A stretch of DNA of 27,361 nucleotides from Anaerolineae bacterium (GTDB taxonomy: Bacteria > Chloroflexota > Anaerolineae > JAADDB01): the NCBI GenBank assembly GCA_015486845.1, contig WFQU01000007.1, forward strand, positions 1 through 27,361, given 5' to 3'. The notes under the pieces were generated by a model. The model was given only the letters and a program-made list of their open reading frames with translations. It ran no database searches and was not told where the DNA came from. Position numbers and translations under genes: made by a program. Shown here one piece after another: positions 1 through 10,535 of this stretch (positions are counted from its first letter, which is position 1; each line of letters starts with the position of its first letter).

Positions 1-214
1 ACCTTGACGTACCCCGCCGCCGTACCGGAATCGAGGCTTTAGCCGGTGGTAGACCCACCAACCCGCCTAAAGGCTGCCTCGCCCGGCGATTAGAAATCGC
101 TGCCACAACTGCGAAACCTGCCTGCGCAGGTTGCATGCTAATCGCCGTAGGGCGATTTCGCAGACGTGGCCGTGACTTTTAGTCGCTGGGCCCAAGTACC
201 GCCATTGTCCGGCG

Positions 215-247
215 TAAAATACAAAAATAGCCCTGGAAGTCCAGGGC
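215..247 (-). terminator. Putative intrinsic terminator downstream of the VKOR-like gene
   Basis: Stem gccctgg (230-236) pairs with ccagggc (241-247) around loop aagt. The plus-strand A-run at 216-229 gives a U-tract after the hairpin for a minus-strand transcript. It lies 35 nt downstream of the VKOR stop at 281. Confidence 0.5.
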
Positions 248-280
248 AACAGGATGATCCATCCAGTAAAAGCGACTTTT

Positions 281-760
281 TTACGACCGCTTTTGCCATC
301 GCCAGCCGGAAAGAAACGCTAAGCAACTGATGATCACAGCTGAAGTCAAACAATAAACGCACAAAGCGTGGATGACAAAAAACTCCACGTAAGTCAAGTA
401 AAAGGAGTATAACATACCGGCAAAAGCAATAGCAAAAACGCCTAATTTCATCCACGAAGCGGCATCCGCATCGGCATGTGGCCAGGCAACTTCCAGAATT
501 AAGATTGCCACATAAGCTAACAATCCCAAAATGGCGATCGGCACGCCACGAATGGAAGCAAACCGGCTAGCTTGTACGGTGGCACAGTCGAACGGGCCAC
601 CGCAAAAGGCGTTCATGTGGCTCAAGTCCACGTACGTCAAATAGCCGGCCACGATGATACCAGCCAGCGACAATAGAATCAACACTATGCGCGATGATCG
701 ACAAGATGGTACAACCACGTCTCGATAATCTACGTTTACATTACGTGTTTTCGATATCAT
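281..760 (-). CDS. Vitamin K epoxide reductase (VKOR) family integral membrane protein
   Basis: 159 aa with several hydrophobic helices. A Cys pair sits in a loop (CGGPFDC) and a CxxC motif (CVYC) in the last helix, which is the VKOR arrangement. ATG at 758-760 is preceded by AAGAAGG. Confidence 0.7.
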   Translation of the reverse strand: MISKTRNVNVDYRDVVVPSCRSSRIVLILLSLAGIIVAGYLTYVDLSHMNAFCGGPFDCATVQASRFASIRGVPIAILGLLAYVAILILEVAWPHADADAASWMKLGVFAIAFAGMLYSFYLTYVEFFVIHALCVYCLTSAVIISCLAFLSGWRWQKRS

Positions 761-923
761 GCGCTGCCTTCTTTTCTTGGCGATGCTGCTTGAAGTCCTG
801 GCGCACCATTTCCTCAGTGACGGTTCCTTTCCGTTGGCAACCTATTGTTGCCGAAGCGTCATAAGCCGCCAAGAGGTAATTGTGTAACTGATCCCAAAAT
901 TTCCGACTAAAACCCACCTTCAT
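741..923 (-). CDS. Small hypothetical protein (60 aa), possibly co-transcribed with the VKOR gene
   Basis: ATG at 921-923 with GGAG 8 nt upstream. It ends 20 nt inside the VKOR start (overlap 741-760). I recognise no homology; it is Lys/Glu-rich with a single Cys. Confidence 0.3.
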   Translation of the reverse strand: MKVGFSRKFWDQLHNYLLAAYDASATIGCQRKGTVTEEMVRQDFKQHRQEKKAAHDIENT

Positions 924-1051
924 CTACGTGACTCCATACAGTGAAAATAAGCCACAGATTACACAGATTAGATCCACTAAAAATCCATGTAATCTGTGCT
1001 GGCCTTTTTATTTCAGCTTGTCCAGGATAGAAAATAGGTCCGAAATAACAA

Positions 1052-2026
1052 CTATCCCCGTTTTTTTAATTCGGCAGTCAGTGCTGGTACGTATGTAAAC
1101 AGATCCCCCACGATGCCATAATTCGCCACCTGGAAAATAGGCGCATCAGGATCTTTATTGATAGCGACAATAACTTTGCTGGAGCCCATGCCGGCCAAAT
1201 GCTGAATAGCCCCGCTAATGCCATTAGCGATATACAAATCAGGACGCACCGTTTTGCCCGTTTGCCCCACCTGGTGATCGTACGGAATCCAGCCTGCATC
1301 CACGGCAGCCCGAGAAGCGCCAACAGCAGCCCCCAAAACCGCTGCCAGTTCGCGGATAGGCGCAAAGCCTTCCGGACCTTTGACGCCGCGCCCGCCGGAA
1401 ACAACGATATTAGCATCGGTCAAGCTCACTTCGCCGCTTTCTTTCTCACTTACTCCCTCGACAACACTTTTCGCTGCACCTTCCGCAACGGCAGCGTCTC
1501 CACTGATCAGCTCGCCTTGCTTACCGCCGTCCTTCTCCGGTAGCGAGAAAGAACGCCCGCGCACCGAAGCGACTTGGACGTCACTATGGAAAGTAACATC
1601 GGCCAAAATATTGCCAGTGTACACTTCGCGACGAGCAACCAGCTTGCCATCAACCAACGACAAACCTGTCGCGTCAGGGGCAATCCCCCAGCCGTTCAGC
1701 GTGGCCACGTAAGCGGCTAAATCGCGCCCGCGGGTCGTCCCGCCTGCCAAAACGATGGTCGCGCCGGCCGTTTTAGCGGCATCGCTGACGACCTTAGCAT
1801 ACGGTTCTACCCGGAAATCAGCCAACTCAGCGCTCTCATACGCGTATACCTTGTCGGCGCCGTACGCAAACGCTTCCTGGGCAACCGCTGCTACATTATC
1901 GCCCGCCACGACAGCCGCTAAAGTGCCATCCAAAGCGCCGGCAAATTCTTTCGCTTTGCCCAGAACTTCCCAGGAAACATTTGGCACGTGCCCTTTATAC
2001 TGTTCGATCCACACGAGTACGCTCAT
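1052..2026 (-). CDS. etfA: Electron transfer flavoprotein alpha subunit
   Basis: 324 aa. The N-terminal Rossmann-like EtfA domain and the C-terminal FAD-binding domain are recognisable, for example ...IVVSGGRGV...[26 protein letters not shown].... ATG 2024-2026 with GGGAGGA ribosome-binding site. It directly follows etfB with a 13-nt gap. Confidence 0.9.
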   Translation of the reverse strand: MSVLVWIEQYKGHVPNVSWEVLGKAKEFAGALDGTLAAVVAGDNVAAVAQEAFAYGADKVYAYESAELADFRVEPYAKVVSDAAKTAGATIVLAGGTTRGRDLAAYVATLNGWGIAPDATGLSLVDGKLVARREVYTGNILADVTFHSDVQVASVRGRSFSLPEKDGGKQGELISGDAAVAEGAAKSVVEGVSEKESGEVSLTDANIVVSGGRGVKGPEGFAPIRELAAVLGAAVGASRAAVDAGWIPYDHQVGQTGKTVRPDLYIANGISGAIQHLAGMGSSKVIVAINKDPDAPIFQVANYGIVGDLFTYVPALTAELKKRG

Positions 2027-2039
2027 AATTATTCCTCCC

Positions 2040-2834
2040 TCAGATGACTTTCTCGGCCATCAAGGCATCAACAAGCTTAGTCACTTTTTCTTCGACCGTT
2101 TCGCCTTCCATCAGGACCACACTGCCCTCGCGAGCTGGTGGCTTGCTCAAATTACCCCAGGCCACTTTCGCCCCAGCTGCACCAACGCTGCCCGCATTAA
2201 TGCCCAACGCCGCTGCATCCCAAACATCGAATTTGGCGCGGGAGGCTTTGCGGATCCCCATGAAACTAGCATAACGCGGCTCGTTGATCTCTTTCACCGG
2301 TGCGATCACTACCGGCAGATCGGCCGTGACTTTCTCCCGGCCTTCTTCCACTAAGCGTTCCACCGTGATTTTGCCATCGCCAATGGCCACGATTTTCGCC
2401 ACCTGGCTGAGCAGCGCCGCACCCAACGCACTGGCCAGTGCCACCGGCACCAACGCGCCATTGCCGTCCACGGTGGTCTTCCCGGTGAGGACTACATCGT
2501 AATCTCCTTCTTTGCGCACCGCCGCGGCCAGAATACGACCGATAGCCAGCGCATCGCTGCCGGCGAAGGCGTCGTCCCAGACGCGTACCCCTTTCGGCAC
2601 GCCCATGGCCACGGCGCTCTTCAAGGCGCCCTCGGTCCCGGCCGGCCCCACGGTGATGGCCAATACACTGCCGCCCTGTTTCTCTTTCAGGCGCAGCCCC
2701 TCTTCAATAGCATACTCATCCCAGGGATTAGTAATCAGTTCTAAACCCTGATTACCGGATTCCGCCTGGTCAACTGTGACCTTGGGAAGTTCCGCCGTGT
2801 CCGGCGATTGTGTAACACAGACGATGTATTTCAA
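2040..2834 (-). CDS. etfB: Electron transfer flavoprotein beta subunit
   Basis: The track ORF starts at ATG 2867, but there is no ribosome-binding site there. The TTG at 2832-2834 is preceded by AGGAGGCGTAAG and yields the typical EtfB N-terminus (M)[12 protein letters not shown].... The protein body is EtfB throughout. Confidence 0.88.
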   Translation of the reverse strand: MKYIVCVTQSPDTAELPKVTVDQAESGNQGLELITNPWDEYAIEEGLRLKEKQGGSVLAITVGPAGTEGALKSAVAMGVPKGVRVWDDAFAGSDALAIGRILAAAVRKEGDYDVVLTGKTTVDGNGALVPVALASALGAALLSQVAKIVAIGDGKITVERLVEEGREKVTADLPVVIAPVKEINEPRYASFMGIRKASRAKFDVWDAAALGINAGSVGAAGAKVAWGNLSKPPAREGSVVLMEGETVEEKVTKLVDALMAEKVI

Positions 2835-2917
2835 CTTACGCCTCCTTTCATGTAACACATAATGCATCCTTTATTTTCACGGAGCGTGCCGCCTAAATAG
2901 CAGCACACTTTTCGGTC

Positions 2918-4126
2918 TTACCCTTCTTCGCCCCACGCTTCGGGGTCGTAAGCCGGCAATTCACAGCGCAGCGGTTTATCATGACGATAGCCCAACGCAT
3001 ACTGCGCTTGCAACAACTGATGAATCTGCGTGGTTCCTTCGTAAATGACGGCACCTTTGGAATTGCGCAAATAGCGCTCCACTTGATATTCCGAGGAAAA
3101 GCCGTACGCACCGTGGACTTGCACCGCGTCAGAAGATGCCGCAAACGCGGCCTCAGTAGCAAACCATTTAGCCATGGAGGTTTCTTTGGTATTGCGAATG
3201 CCTTGGTTCTTCAGCCAACCGACGCGTTGCCAGAGCAAACCGGCAATGTCGTAATTCAGCGCCATTTTAGCTATCAACTGTTGCACCAATTGAAACTGAC
3301 CGATCTTCTGACCAAACGCTTCCCGCTCGTTAGCGTAATGGACGGCTGCTTCCATGACGGCCCTAATCGTCCCAGCAGCGCCGGCCGCCACCGTGTAGCG
3401 GGCGTCATCCAAAGCACTCATGGCGATTTTGAACCCTTCCCCCTCCTGCCCGATGAGGTTTTCTTTGGGAACCCGTACATCGTCCATGGCAATCCAGCCT
3501 GTGTTGCTGGCGTGCACACCCATTTTATCCTCAATCGTGCCGGTAGTGAGTCCTTCCATGCCTCGTTCCAGCATGAAAGCGGAAATGCCCCGGTGGCGCT
3601 GGCTCGGATCAGTTTTTGCGAAAACCAGCAAATAATCGGCCACATCGGCTAAGGTAATCCACATCTTCTCGCCATTCAGGATGTAGTCATCACCATCTTT
3701 ACGAGCGGTAGAACGCAGGCCAGCCACATCAGAACCCGCTGCCGGCTCAGTGAGACCGTAACAACCAATTTTCTCGCCGGTGGCCAACGGCACCAAAAAG
3801 CGTTGTTTTTGCTCCTCGCTGGCCCACTGCAACAAGGCTAAGCTGTTCAACGCCAAATGCACGGCAATAGTTTCTCGAACGGATGCATCAGCCCATTCTA
3901 ATTCCTCGGACACAATGCCCAAAGAAATGTAGTCCATACCGGCACCGCCATAACGCACGGGGATGCAAATGCCTAAAATACCTAATTCTGCCATGCGGGG
4001 TAATAGGAAACGGGGATATTTATGATTGCTGTCGTATTCATTGATAACAGGACGAATCTCTTTAGCAGCAAAATCATGCACCATTTTACGCACCATATCG
4101 TGCTCTTCGGTGAACGCGAAATCCAT
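2918..4126 (-). CDS. Acyl-CoA dehydrogenase (short/branched-chain, butyryl-CoA dehydrogenase-like)
   Basis: The ACAD fold is evident in [24 protein letters not shown]...[14 protein letters not shown]...[18 protein letters not shown]. The track start at 4372 adds 82 residues of non-protein-like sequence. The internal ATG at 4124-4126 has AAAGGAGAAAGACG immediately upstream and gives a 402-aa product of typical ACAD length. It forms an operon with etfB and etfA. Confidence 0.9.
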   Translation of the reverse strand: MDFAFTEEHDMVRKMVHDFAAKEIRPVINEYDSNHKYPRFLLPRMAELGILGICIPVRYGGAGMDYISLGIVSEELEWADASVRETIAVHLALNSLALLQWASEEQKQRFLVPLATGEKIGCYGLTEPAAGSDVAGLRSTARKDGDDYILNGEKMWITLADVADYLLVFAKTDPSQRHRGISAFMLERGMEGLTTGTIEDKMGVHASNTGWIAMDDVRVPKENLIGQEGEGFKIAMSALDDARYTVAAGAAGTIRAVMEAAVHYANEREAFGQKIGQFQLVQQLIAKMALNYDIAGLLWQRVGWLKNQGIRNTKETSMAKWFATEAAFAASSDAVQVHGAYGFSSEYQVERYLRNSKGAVIYEGTTQIHQLLQAQYALGYRHDKPLRCELPAYDPEAWGEEG

Positions 4127-4181
4127 CGTCTTTCTCCTTTTTAGTACCCAAGTTAATCTGTTTGCCCGAAATTTCACAAAG

Positions 4182-4211
4182 ATTATACCAAATTTGTATA
4201 GCCACGTGCAA
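4182..4211 (-). promoter_or_regulatory. Putative sigma70-type promoter of the acd-etfBA operon
   Basis: On the minus strand: -35 TTGCAC (4206-4211), an 18-nt spacer, then extended -10 TGGTATAAT (-10 hexamer at 4182-4187). It sits about 55 nt upstream of the acd ATG. Confidence 0.45.
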
Positions 4212-4327
4212 AATATGCTGCGTTCAATGATGGGCAACCCGGTTCTCAGCCCCGCAATTGAAACCGCCGCTACATTTGCCAAGCCGCCCGGCAGCACACT
4301 CCAAAAGTCCTGTCGGCGAGGTATGCC

Positions 4328-4356
4328 TTGCCAACAAAGCTGGAGTGATGTATCAT
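4328..4356 (+). promoter_or_regulatory. Putative sigma70-type promoter for the hydrolase-hutU transcription unit
   Basis: TTGCCA (4328-4333), a 17-nt spacer, then TATCAT (4351-4356). It lies about 80 nt upstream of the ATG at 4435 and diverges from the acd promoter. Confidence 0.4.
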
Positions 4357-4434
4357 TATCTTCGGGAATCATCCTACGACGTAGCTTATTGTCCGCGGCA
4401 AACTCGTTTTTCGTAACACAAAGGAGTGTGACGA

Positions 4435-5229
4435 ATGCCTGATCTGAACCTTTCTACCAACGTGAAAATCCACTACTCGGACCCGAACCCGCACGGGACG
4501 CAGGTGGTGCTGCTCTTGCATGGCCTCGGCGTCACCGGGGAATCGTGGTCTTTGCAGTTCTCGGCGCTGATCAAAGCCGGCCTGCGCCCCATCGCGCCGG
4601 ATTTACGCGGCTTCGGCCAATCTTCCTACCCCGGCGGCGCCGGACGCATCACCACCTTTGCCGGAGACATGGCCGCTTTGCTGCAACAACTGGATATCGC
4701 GCCGGCGCATGTGATCGGCATCTCGTTGGGCGGTACCGTTGCCCTGCAATTAGCGATAGACCACCCCGAACTGGTACGCAAACTGGTTCTGGTAAATACA
4801 TTTGCCCGGCTGCAACCGAAAGGGATCAGCGGCTATCTCTATTTCGGCCTGCGCATGTTCATGGTGCACACCTTGGGCATGCCCGCCCAGGCACGAGCTG
4901 TGGCCAGACACATGTTTCCCAAGCCGGAACAGGAGTCATCCCGAGCCGATCTGATCCGCCAGGTTTCCCAGGCCAATCCCAAAGCTTACCGGGCCACCAT
5001 GCGGGCTTTGGCCCGTTTCAATGTGGAGGATCGCCTCGGCACACTCTCCCCCCCCACCCTGGTCATCACCGGCGGCGAGGACAGCACTGTCGATCCGGGG
5101 AGCCAGAAAGTGTTGGTGGAGCGCATTCCCAACGCGAAACAGGAAATCATCCCCGGCGCCGGGCACGCTGTCATCGTCGACGCGCCGGAAATATTCAACC
5201 GTCTTGTGCTCGATTTCATCACTCAATAA
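4435..5229 (+). CDS. Alpha/beta-fold hydrolase
   Basis: 264 aa. It has an HGxG oxyanion motif ([10 protein letters not shown]), the nucleophile elbow GISLGG, and a C-terminal His region ([10 protein letters not shown]). ATG with AAAGGAG ribosome-binding site. Confidence 0.8.
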   Translation: MPDLNLSTNVKIHYSDPNPHGTQVVLLLHGLGVTGESWSLQFSALIKAGLRPIAPDLRGFGQSSYPGGAGRITTFAGDMAALLQQLDIAPAHVIGISLGGTVALQLAIDHPELVRKLVLVNTFARLQPKGISGYLYFGLRMFMVHTLGMPAQARAVARHMFPKPEQESSRADLIRQVSQANPKAYRATMRALARFNVEDRLGTLSPPTLVITGGEDSTVDPGSQKVLVERIPNAKQEIIPGAGHAVIVDAPEIFNRLVLDFITQ

Positions 5230-5271
5230 CCATGCCGCGATTTTCCCGGCAGATGAGAAAGGAGATTGATC

Positions 5272-6939
5272 ATGTCAGGTAAAATTTCTGGCCCGAGGGT
5301 CGTTCATCCGCCCCGAGGCACAACGCTACACTGCAAAGGATGGCAGCAAGAAGCTGCTTACCGGATGATCCAACACAATTTAGACCCGGAAGTGGCCGGC
5401 GATCCGGAGCATTTGATCGTTTACGGTGGCCGGGGGAAAGCAGCCCGTAATTGGGAAGCTTTCGACGCGATCCTGCGCACGCTGGAGGAACTGGAAAACA
5501 ACGAAACGCTGCTGATCCAGTCCGGCAAGCCGGTGGCGGTTTTCAAGACCCACCCGGATGCCCCGCGCGTTCTCATCGCCAACTCCAACCTGGTGCCGAA
5601 ATGGGCCACCTGGGAGGTTTTTGACGCATTGGAGAAGAAAGGGCTGATCATGTATGGCCAGATGACCGCCGGTTCCTGGATTTACATCGGCACCCAGGGC
5701 ATCCTCCAGGGCACGTACGAGACCTTGGGTGCGGCGGCCAGCAAAGAGGGGTGGCCCAGTCTGAAAGGAAAATTCGTCCTCACTGCCGGCCTCGGCGAAA
5801 TGGGCGGCGCCCAGCCGTTGGCCATCGCCATGAACGACGGTGTGGGCCTCATCGTGGAGGTCGATCCGCGCCGGGCGCAGCGGCGGTTGGAAACGCGTTA
5901 CGTAGACGAAGTGGTGACCGATTTGGACGAAGCACTGCGCAAAGTGTCCGAGCGCCAGGCTAAGGGGGACGGCTGGTCCATCGGTCTCATCGGCAACGCG
6001 GCGGACGTCTACCCGGAATTGGTGCGGCGCGGCGTCACACCGGATATAGTCACCGACCAAACACCAGCCCATGATCCGGAGATGTACGTGCCCAGCGGTA
6101 TCAGCGCCGTCGAAGCGGAGACGTTGCGCCATACCGACCGGGATCATTACATCCAGATGGCGAAAGCCTCCATGGTGAAGCACGTTCAAGCCATTTTGGC
6201 CATGCAGAAACGGGGCGCAGTAGCGTTCGATTACGGCAACAACCTGCGCCAGGAAGCATACGACATGGGCGTGAAGGATGCTTTCGCCTATCCCGGCTTC
6301 GTGCCGGCCTACATCCGGCCCCTTTTCTGCGAGGGGAAAGGGCCGTTCCGCTGGGTGGCACTCTCCGGCGATCCCGAGGACATCTACGTCACCGACCGGA
6401 TCATCATGGACCTCTTCCCGGAGGACGAGCATTTGGTGCGCTGGATCAAAATGGCGGAGAAACGGGTCGCGTGGCAAGGCTTGCCCTCCCGTATCTGCTG
6501 GTTAGGCTACGGCGACCGGGCGAAAGCGGGGTTAGCATTCAACGAAGCAGTGGCCCGCGGCGAAGTCAAAGCGCCCATCGTCATCGGCCGTGATCATTTG
6601 GACGCCGGTTCCGTGGCCTCACCCAACCGGGAAACAGAAGCAATGCAGGACGGCTCCGACGCCATCGCCGATTGGCCAGTGCTGAATGCGCTGCTCAACG
6701 CCGTGGGCGGCGCGACTTGGATCAGCTTCCACCACGGCGGCGGCGTAGGCATGGGCTACAGCTTGCACGCCGGCATGGTGATCCTCGCCGACGGCACGCC
6801 GGAAGCCGCCAAGCGACTGCAACGGGTACTGACCACGGACCCGGGGCTGGGCGTCGTGCGCCACGCCGATGCGGGTTATCCAGCCGCGATCCAATTCGCT
6901 CGGGAACACGGCATCAAAATTCCGATGCTGGGCCGCTAA
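5272..6939 (+). CDS. hutU: Urocanate hydratase (urocanase)
   Basis: About 555 aa with strong urocanase similarity throughout (NAD-binding [12 protein letters not shown], ...[20 protein letters not shown]..., ...[14 protein letters not shown]...). ATG 5272 follows AAAGGAGA with 6-nt spacing. The track's TTG at 5266 is two codons upstream. Confidence 0.9.
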   Translation: MSGKISGPRVVHPPRGTTLHCKGWQQEAAYRMIQHNLDPEVAGDPEHLIVYGGRGKAARNWEAFDAILRTLEELENNETLLIQSGKPVAVFKTHPDAPRVLIANSNLVPKWATWEVFDALEKKGLIMYGQMTAGSWIYIGTQGILQGTYETLGAAASKEGWPSLKGKFVLTAGLGEMGGAQPLAIAMNDGVGLIVEVDPRRAQRRLETRYVDEVVTDLDEALRKVSERQAKGDGWSIGLIGNAADVYPELVRRGVTPDIVTDQTPAHDPEMYVPSGISAVEAETLRHTDRDHYIQMAKASMVKHVQAILAMQKRGAVAFDYGNNLRQEAYDMGVKDAFAYPGFVPAYIRPLFCEGKGPFRWVALSGDPEDIYVTDRIIMDLFPEDEHLVRWIKMAEKRVAWQGLPSRICWLGYGDRAKAGLAFNEAVARGEVKAPIVIGRDHLDAGSVASPNRETEAMQDGSDAIADWPVLNALLNAVGGATWISFHHGGGVGMGYSLHAGMVILADGTPEAAKRLQRVLTTDPGLGVVRHADAGYPAAIQFAREHGIKIPMLGR

Positions 6940-7142
6940 CAATTCGACCTTCTGCTTGCTTTCCCGAGTCGCGGCATAGGTTTGTCACCGCCGGGGAAGC
7001 AAGCGCCTCGCGCTGTTCGTTCCGCCCAATGGCGCAGATGACGTGATTATGGTAAAACAGGAACAGTTCTCGTGATGAGAACGTCCAAGGAGACAGAAAT
7101 TCACGTCAGGATGCGATAAATTATTCCCCCCGGGATAGATCA

Positions 7143-10100
7143 ATGGAACGAAACAGAACGCTCATTTGGATCAGTAGTTTTCTCGTCGGATTTTTAGTGA
7201 CCTTAGCCGTGCTGCTGCTTATTCTAGGCGGCGCGGCGCTGGCTTATGGCAATTTGACACGCGAATTGCCCAAGCCAGATAAATTGATGCAAAAAGTGGC
7301 AGCAAGCTTCGTCAGCGGCAGGATCTACGACCGCCACGGCCAAGTGCTCAGCGAGACGTTCGACCCAAACTTAGGCCGGCGAGAGATCGTGCCGCTCAAA
7401 GCAATTTCGCCTTACCTCATTGCCGCCACCATCGCCACCGAGGATGCCAATTTCTACCAACATCCCGGCTTTGACCCCATGGGCATCGCGCGCGTGTTCT
7501 GGCAGGCCGCCCACAACCAGCGTTTCGTCAGCGGCGGTAGCACCATCACCCAGCAATTGGTGAAAAATGTGCTCCTCTCGCCGGAGCGCACCTGGCAACG
7601 GAAACTCAAAGAAATCGTCTTGGCCATCGAAATCAATCGGCGCTACAAAAAAGAGACGATCCTGGAAATATATCTGAACCAAATTTATTACGGCAACCAC
7701 GCTTACGGCATCGAATCCGCCGCCGAGACCTATTTTGGCAAAAAGGCGGCGGACTTGACACTGGCAGAAGCAGCTTTGCTGGCCGGCCTGCCGCAAGCAC
7801 CTTCGTATTACGATCCTTACACCAATCCACGGCGCGCCAAAGCACGCCAAGAAACCGTGTTGAATTTGATGGTTCGGCACGGCTACTTGACACAAAAGGA
7901 GGCGACTGCGGCGGCAACCGAGAAAATCACGTATGTGCAACCGAAATATGATTTCCAGGCACCACATTTCGTACTCTACGTGCGCCAGCTATTAGAAAAA
8001 GATCCGGATATCGGCCCAGAATTGTTGGACCGCGGCGGTTTGCAAATTTATACCACTTTAGACCTGGATTTGCAGAAAAAAGTGCAGAAAATCGCCCAGG
8101 AGCGGATTGCCAAATTGGCCGGCCACAACGTGAACAACGCCGCGGTGGTGGTCTTGCAGCCCAAAACCGGCGAAATCCTAGTCATGTTAGGCAGCGTGGA
8201 TTACCGCAACGCCGATATCGACGGCCAGATCAACATGGCACTGGTGCCCCGGCAGCCCGGCTCTTCCATCAAGCCCATCACCTATTTAGCTAATTTCGCC
8301 CTAAAAAAGGATTACTGGACGCCGGCCACGCCAATTTTGGATGTCAAAACCGAATTCCCGGACGGCCAAGGAAAACCGCCTTACGTGCCGGTAGATTACG
8401 ATCGCAAAGAACACGGCATCGTGACCGCTCGCGCCGCCTTGGCCAATTCGTATAACATTCCGGCAGTGAAAGCGCTGCAACACATCGGCATCCCCGCGTT
8501 CCTGCGCCTGGCCAAGAAAATGGGCATCACAACACTGACTCGCCCAGACTACGGTCTTTCCCTGACGCTGGGCGGCGGCGAAGTGCCCCTGACCCAAATG
8601 GTCGGTGCGTTTTCGGTGTTGGCCAACGACGGCATTTACCGACAACCCATCGCCATAGAGTGCATCCGCGACCAAAGCGGCCGCTTGCTCAAAGTCTACA
8701 GCCAGCACCCCACCAATCCAGCTTGCACGAAACAAGGGGAGAAGCCGACCGTGAGCTGGTTGGGCCGTCGGAATATGGCTGTGCCACCCCGCCGCGTGGT
8801 CGATCCACAGTACGTCTATTTAATCACGTCTATCCTCAGCGACAACAAAGCCCGGCTGCCCGCCTTCGGCGTCCACAATCCCCTCTACTTGGGACCAGAT
8901 CACCCGGCCGCGGCCAAAACCGGCACAACGAATGACTTTCGGGACAACTGGACTTTAGGCTACACACCCAATCTCGTCGTTGGCGTTTGGGTCGGCAACG
9001 CTGATTATTCTACCATGAAACATATTTCCGGCGTCACAGGCGCCGGCCCTATCTGGCGTGACGTCATGTTGACCGCTTTAGGCAACAAGCCCACGGAGGA
9101 TTTTGCCGTCCCGGTGGGGAAGAACGGTGCCCCATTGGTCGTGCAGAAGCCGGTCTGTCCGCCCAGCGGTATCGAGGCAGGGAACAGTTGTCCGGAAAGC
9201 CGGTTGGAATGGTTCGCCGTTGATCGGCTACCCCCATCGCCAAAAGAAAGCTGGTATCACAAAGTCACTTTGGACAAAGTGAGCGGCCAGTTGGCCGGCC
9301 CTGACTGCCCGGATTCGCTGAAAGAGAGTAAAACGATGCTGTTGGCCCCAGCGCCGTTCGAACAATGGCTACTCGACCACGACCCGGAAAACACGCCCGC
9401 CGCCAAACCGGCGCCGTTCATCACTTGGTTACACAGCCACAATGTGCATATTGCGAAAAAACTGCCCACGGAGATCAGCAAAGGTTGTTTCACGCCGAAG
9501 CTCGCGCTGACGGCGCCGGCCGAAGGGTCGGAAGTCAGCGGGTTAGTGACGCTGAGCGGGTCCATGGACGTTCCTTATTTCGCGTCCTACCGCCTGGAAT
9601 ACGGCGTTTCGGATAATCCCGGCGCTTACGGCCACATTGCCGGGCCCTTCCAGCACCCAATTCACAATGGTGTTTTGGGCATTTGGGACACCCGAATGCT
9701 GTCCAACGGCCCTTACACGCTGCGGTTAGTGGCACGGGACAAAGCAGGCAACGAATACGACACTAAAATACACGTCCAATTGAACCACTTGCTGGAAACG
9801 CCCACGGTCACCGTGACGCCCACCGCCACACCGACGGCCACCGCAACGGTAACATCGACGCCCTCCCCGACTGCGACGCCGACGGTGGCGCTGAAACCGC
9901 TGCCCACCGCCACACCGACAGCGCTGCCGACTTCCACGCCCACCGCCAAGCCGGCTTCAGCCGAGGCGATTATCGATAGCCCGGAGGCCAATGCGCTGTT
10001 AAACACTACTTTTGACGTGTACGGCCGTGTGAACGCTTTTCCTTTTGATCACTATACTGTTAGCGTGGCACAACGTCCCGCTAACGGCTGGACCGTTTTG

Positions 10101-10523
10101 GGGCGCGTAAATCAGCGCGTTATTCATGGCGCCCTGGCACAGGTTGATCCCTCATCTTGGCCGGACGGCGACTACCAATTGCGCTTGGCCGTGTTCTCCA
10201 CCGATAGCAACACGCCAGTGGCTACAACTAGTGTGCCCGTCATTGTCGATCACACGCCGCCTACGGTGGCATGGCAGTCCCCCCACGACGGCGACAGTTT
10301 CAAAGCGGGCAAAGTCATGCTCACGGCAACTGTTTCCGATCCCAACGGCATAGACCAAGTGCGTTTTCGGGTGGATAGTCATGATTTAGGCAGCGCTACG
10401 CACGCGCCTTACCAAATTGGCTGGGTTGCCGAGGCCGGCAAGCACACTTTAGCCGTCTTGGCTTTGGACAAAGCGGGGAACTGGTCCGTTGCGCAGGAAA
10501 TCCACGTGCAGGTGACTCCTTGA
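7143..10523 (+). CDS. Class A penicillin-binding protein (GT51 transglycosylase plus transpeptidase) with a long C-terminal extension
   Basis: N-terminal TM anchor. GT51 motifs (EDANFYQHPGFDP, GGSTITQQLVKN, RKLKE...). Transpeptidase motifs SSIK (SxxK), SYN (SxN) and KTGTT (KTG). After about residue 640 there is a Cys-containing region, a Thr/Pro/Ala linker (TPTVTVTPTATPTATATVTSTPSPTATP...) and at least two further beta-sandwich-like domains. Total length 1126 aa. Confidence 0.9.
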   Translation: MERNRTLIWISSFLVGFLVTLAVLLLILGGAALAYGNLTRELPKPDKLMQKVAASFVSGRIYDRHGQVLSETFDPNLGRREIVPLKAISPYLIAATIATEDANFYQHPGFDPMGIARVFWQAAHNQRFVSGGSTITQQLVKNVLLSPERTWQRKLKEIVLAIEINRRYKKETILEIYLNQIYYGNHAYGIESAAETYFGKKAADLTLAEAALLAGLPQAPSYYDPYTNPRRAKARQETVLNLMVRHGYLTQKEATAAATEKITYVQPKYDFQAPHFVLYVRQLLEKDPDIGPELLDRGGLQIYTTLDLDLQKKVQKIAQERIAKLAGHNVNNAAVVVLQPKTGEILVMLGSVDYRNADIDGQINMALVPRQPGSSIKPITYLANFALKKDYWTPATPILDVKTEFPDGQGKPPYVPVDYDRKEHGIVTARAALANSYNIPAVKALQHIGIPAFLRLAKKMGITTLTRPDYGLSLTLGGGEVPLTQMVGAFSVLANDGIYRQPIAIECIRDQSGRLLKVYSQHPTNPACTKQGEKPTVSWLGRRNMAVPPRRVVDPQYVYLITSILSDNKARLPAFGVHNPLYLGPDHPAAAKTGTTNDFRDNWTLGYTPNLVVGVWVGNADYSTMKHISGVTGAGPIWRDVMLTALGNKPTEDFAVPVGKNGAPLVVQKPVCPPSGIEAGNSCPESRLEWFAVDRLPPSPKESWYHKVTLDKVSGQLAGPDCPDSLKESKTMLLAPAPFEQWLLDHDPENTPAAKPAPFITWLHSHNVHIAKKLPTEISKGCFTPKLALTAPAEGSEVSGLVTLSGSMDVPYFASYRLEYGVSDNPGAYGHIAGPFQHPIHNGVLGIWDTRMLSNGPYTLRLVARDKAGNEYDTKIHVQLNHLLETPTVTVTPTATPTATATVTSTPSPTATPTVALKPLPTATPTALPTSTPTAKPASAEAIIDSPEANALLNTTFDVYGRVNAFPFDHYTVSVAQRPANGWTVLGRVNQRVIHGALAQVDPSSWPDGDYQLRLAVFSTDSNTPVATTSVPVIVDHTPPTVAWQSPHDGDSFKAGKVMLTATVSDPNGIDQVRFRVDSHDLGSATHAPYQIGWVAEAGKHTLAVLALDKAGNWSVAQEIHVQVTP
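9800..9955 (+). repeat. Low-complexity ACN/CCN tandem codon repeats encoding the Thr-Pro-Ala linker of the PBP
   Basis: Visible reiteration of acg/ccc/acc/gcc/aca/ccg units: ...acgcccaccgccacaccgacggccaccgcaacggta.... Confidence 0.7.
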
Positions 10524-10535
10524 GCGAGGAAATTG

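Noticed and set aside
1-180. Minus-strand open frame starting at ATG 134-136 and running off the left edge (MQPAQAGFAVVAAISNRRARQPLGG...). I also asked whether 1-280 could be an RNA gene.
   Set aside because: There is no ribosome-binding site. The composition is Arg/Ala-rich and low-complexity, typical of GC-rich non-coding frames. It lies downstream of the VKOR terminator. I could not match the region to tmRNA, RNase P, SRP RNA or tRNA signatures. Left unannotated.
138-455. 105-aa minus-strand ORF overlapping the VKOR gene 3' end, and the 60-aa ORF at 67-249.
   Set aside because: Both overlap a well-supported gene and/or the terminator in another frame. The sequence is Cys/Arg-rich and implausible. 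The second ORF's 'M' is a TTG.
1199-2751. Plus-strand ORFs of 72-199 aa antisense to etfA and etfB (1199-1543, 1380-1712, 1755-2354, 2044-2274, 2284-2502, 2512-2751).
   Set aside because: They are antisense frames inside strongly supported genes. Their Ser/Thr/Ala/Pro-rich composition is typical of GC-rich antisense translation.
2981-3652. 223-aa plus-strand ORF antisense to the acyl-CoA dehydrogenase, and the 484-aa track version of the dehydrogenase with 82 extra N-terminal residues.
   Set aside because: The first is antisense to a clear ACAD gene. The N-terminal extension has no ribosome-binding site, is not ACAD-like, and overlaps the promoter region. The internal ATG with GGAG was chosen.
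4545-5282. 245-aa +2-frame ORF overlapping the alpha/beta hydrolase, and the 365-aa minus-strand ORF (5380-6477) inside hutU.
   Set aside because: Both are Arg/His/Pro-rich frames overlapping genes with clear family signatures. They are high-GC artefacts.
7371-10382. Numerous 60-200-aa ORFs on either strand inside the PBP gene (7371-7967, 8301-8735, 9257-9565, 9713-10006 and others).
   Set aside because: All lie inside a continuous, motif-rich PBP reading frame. The ORF at 9713-10006 is the antisense of the Thr/Pro codon repeat.
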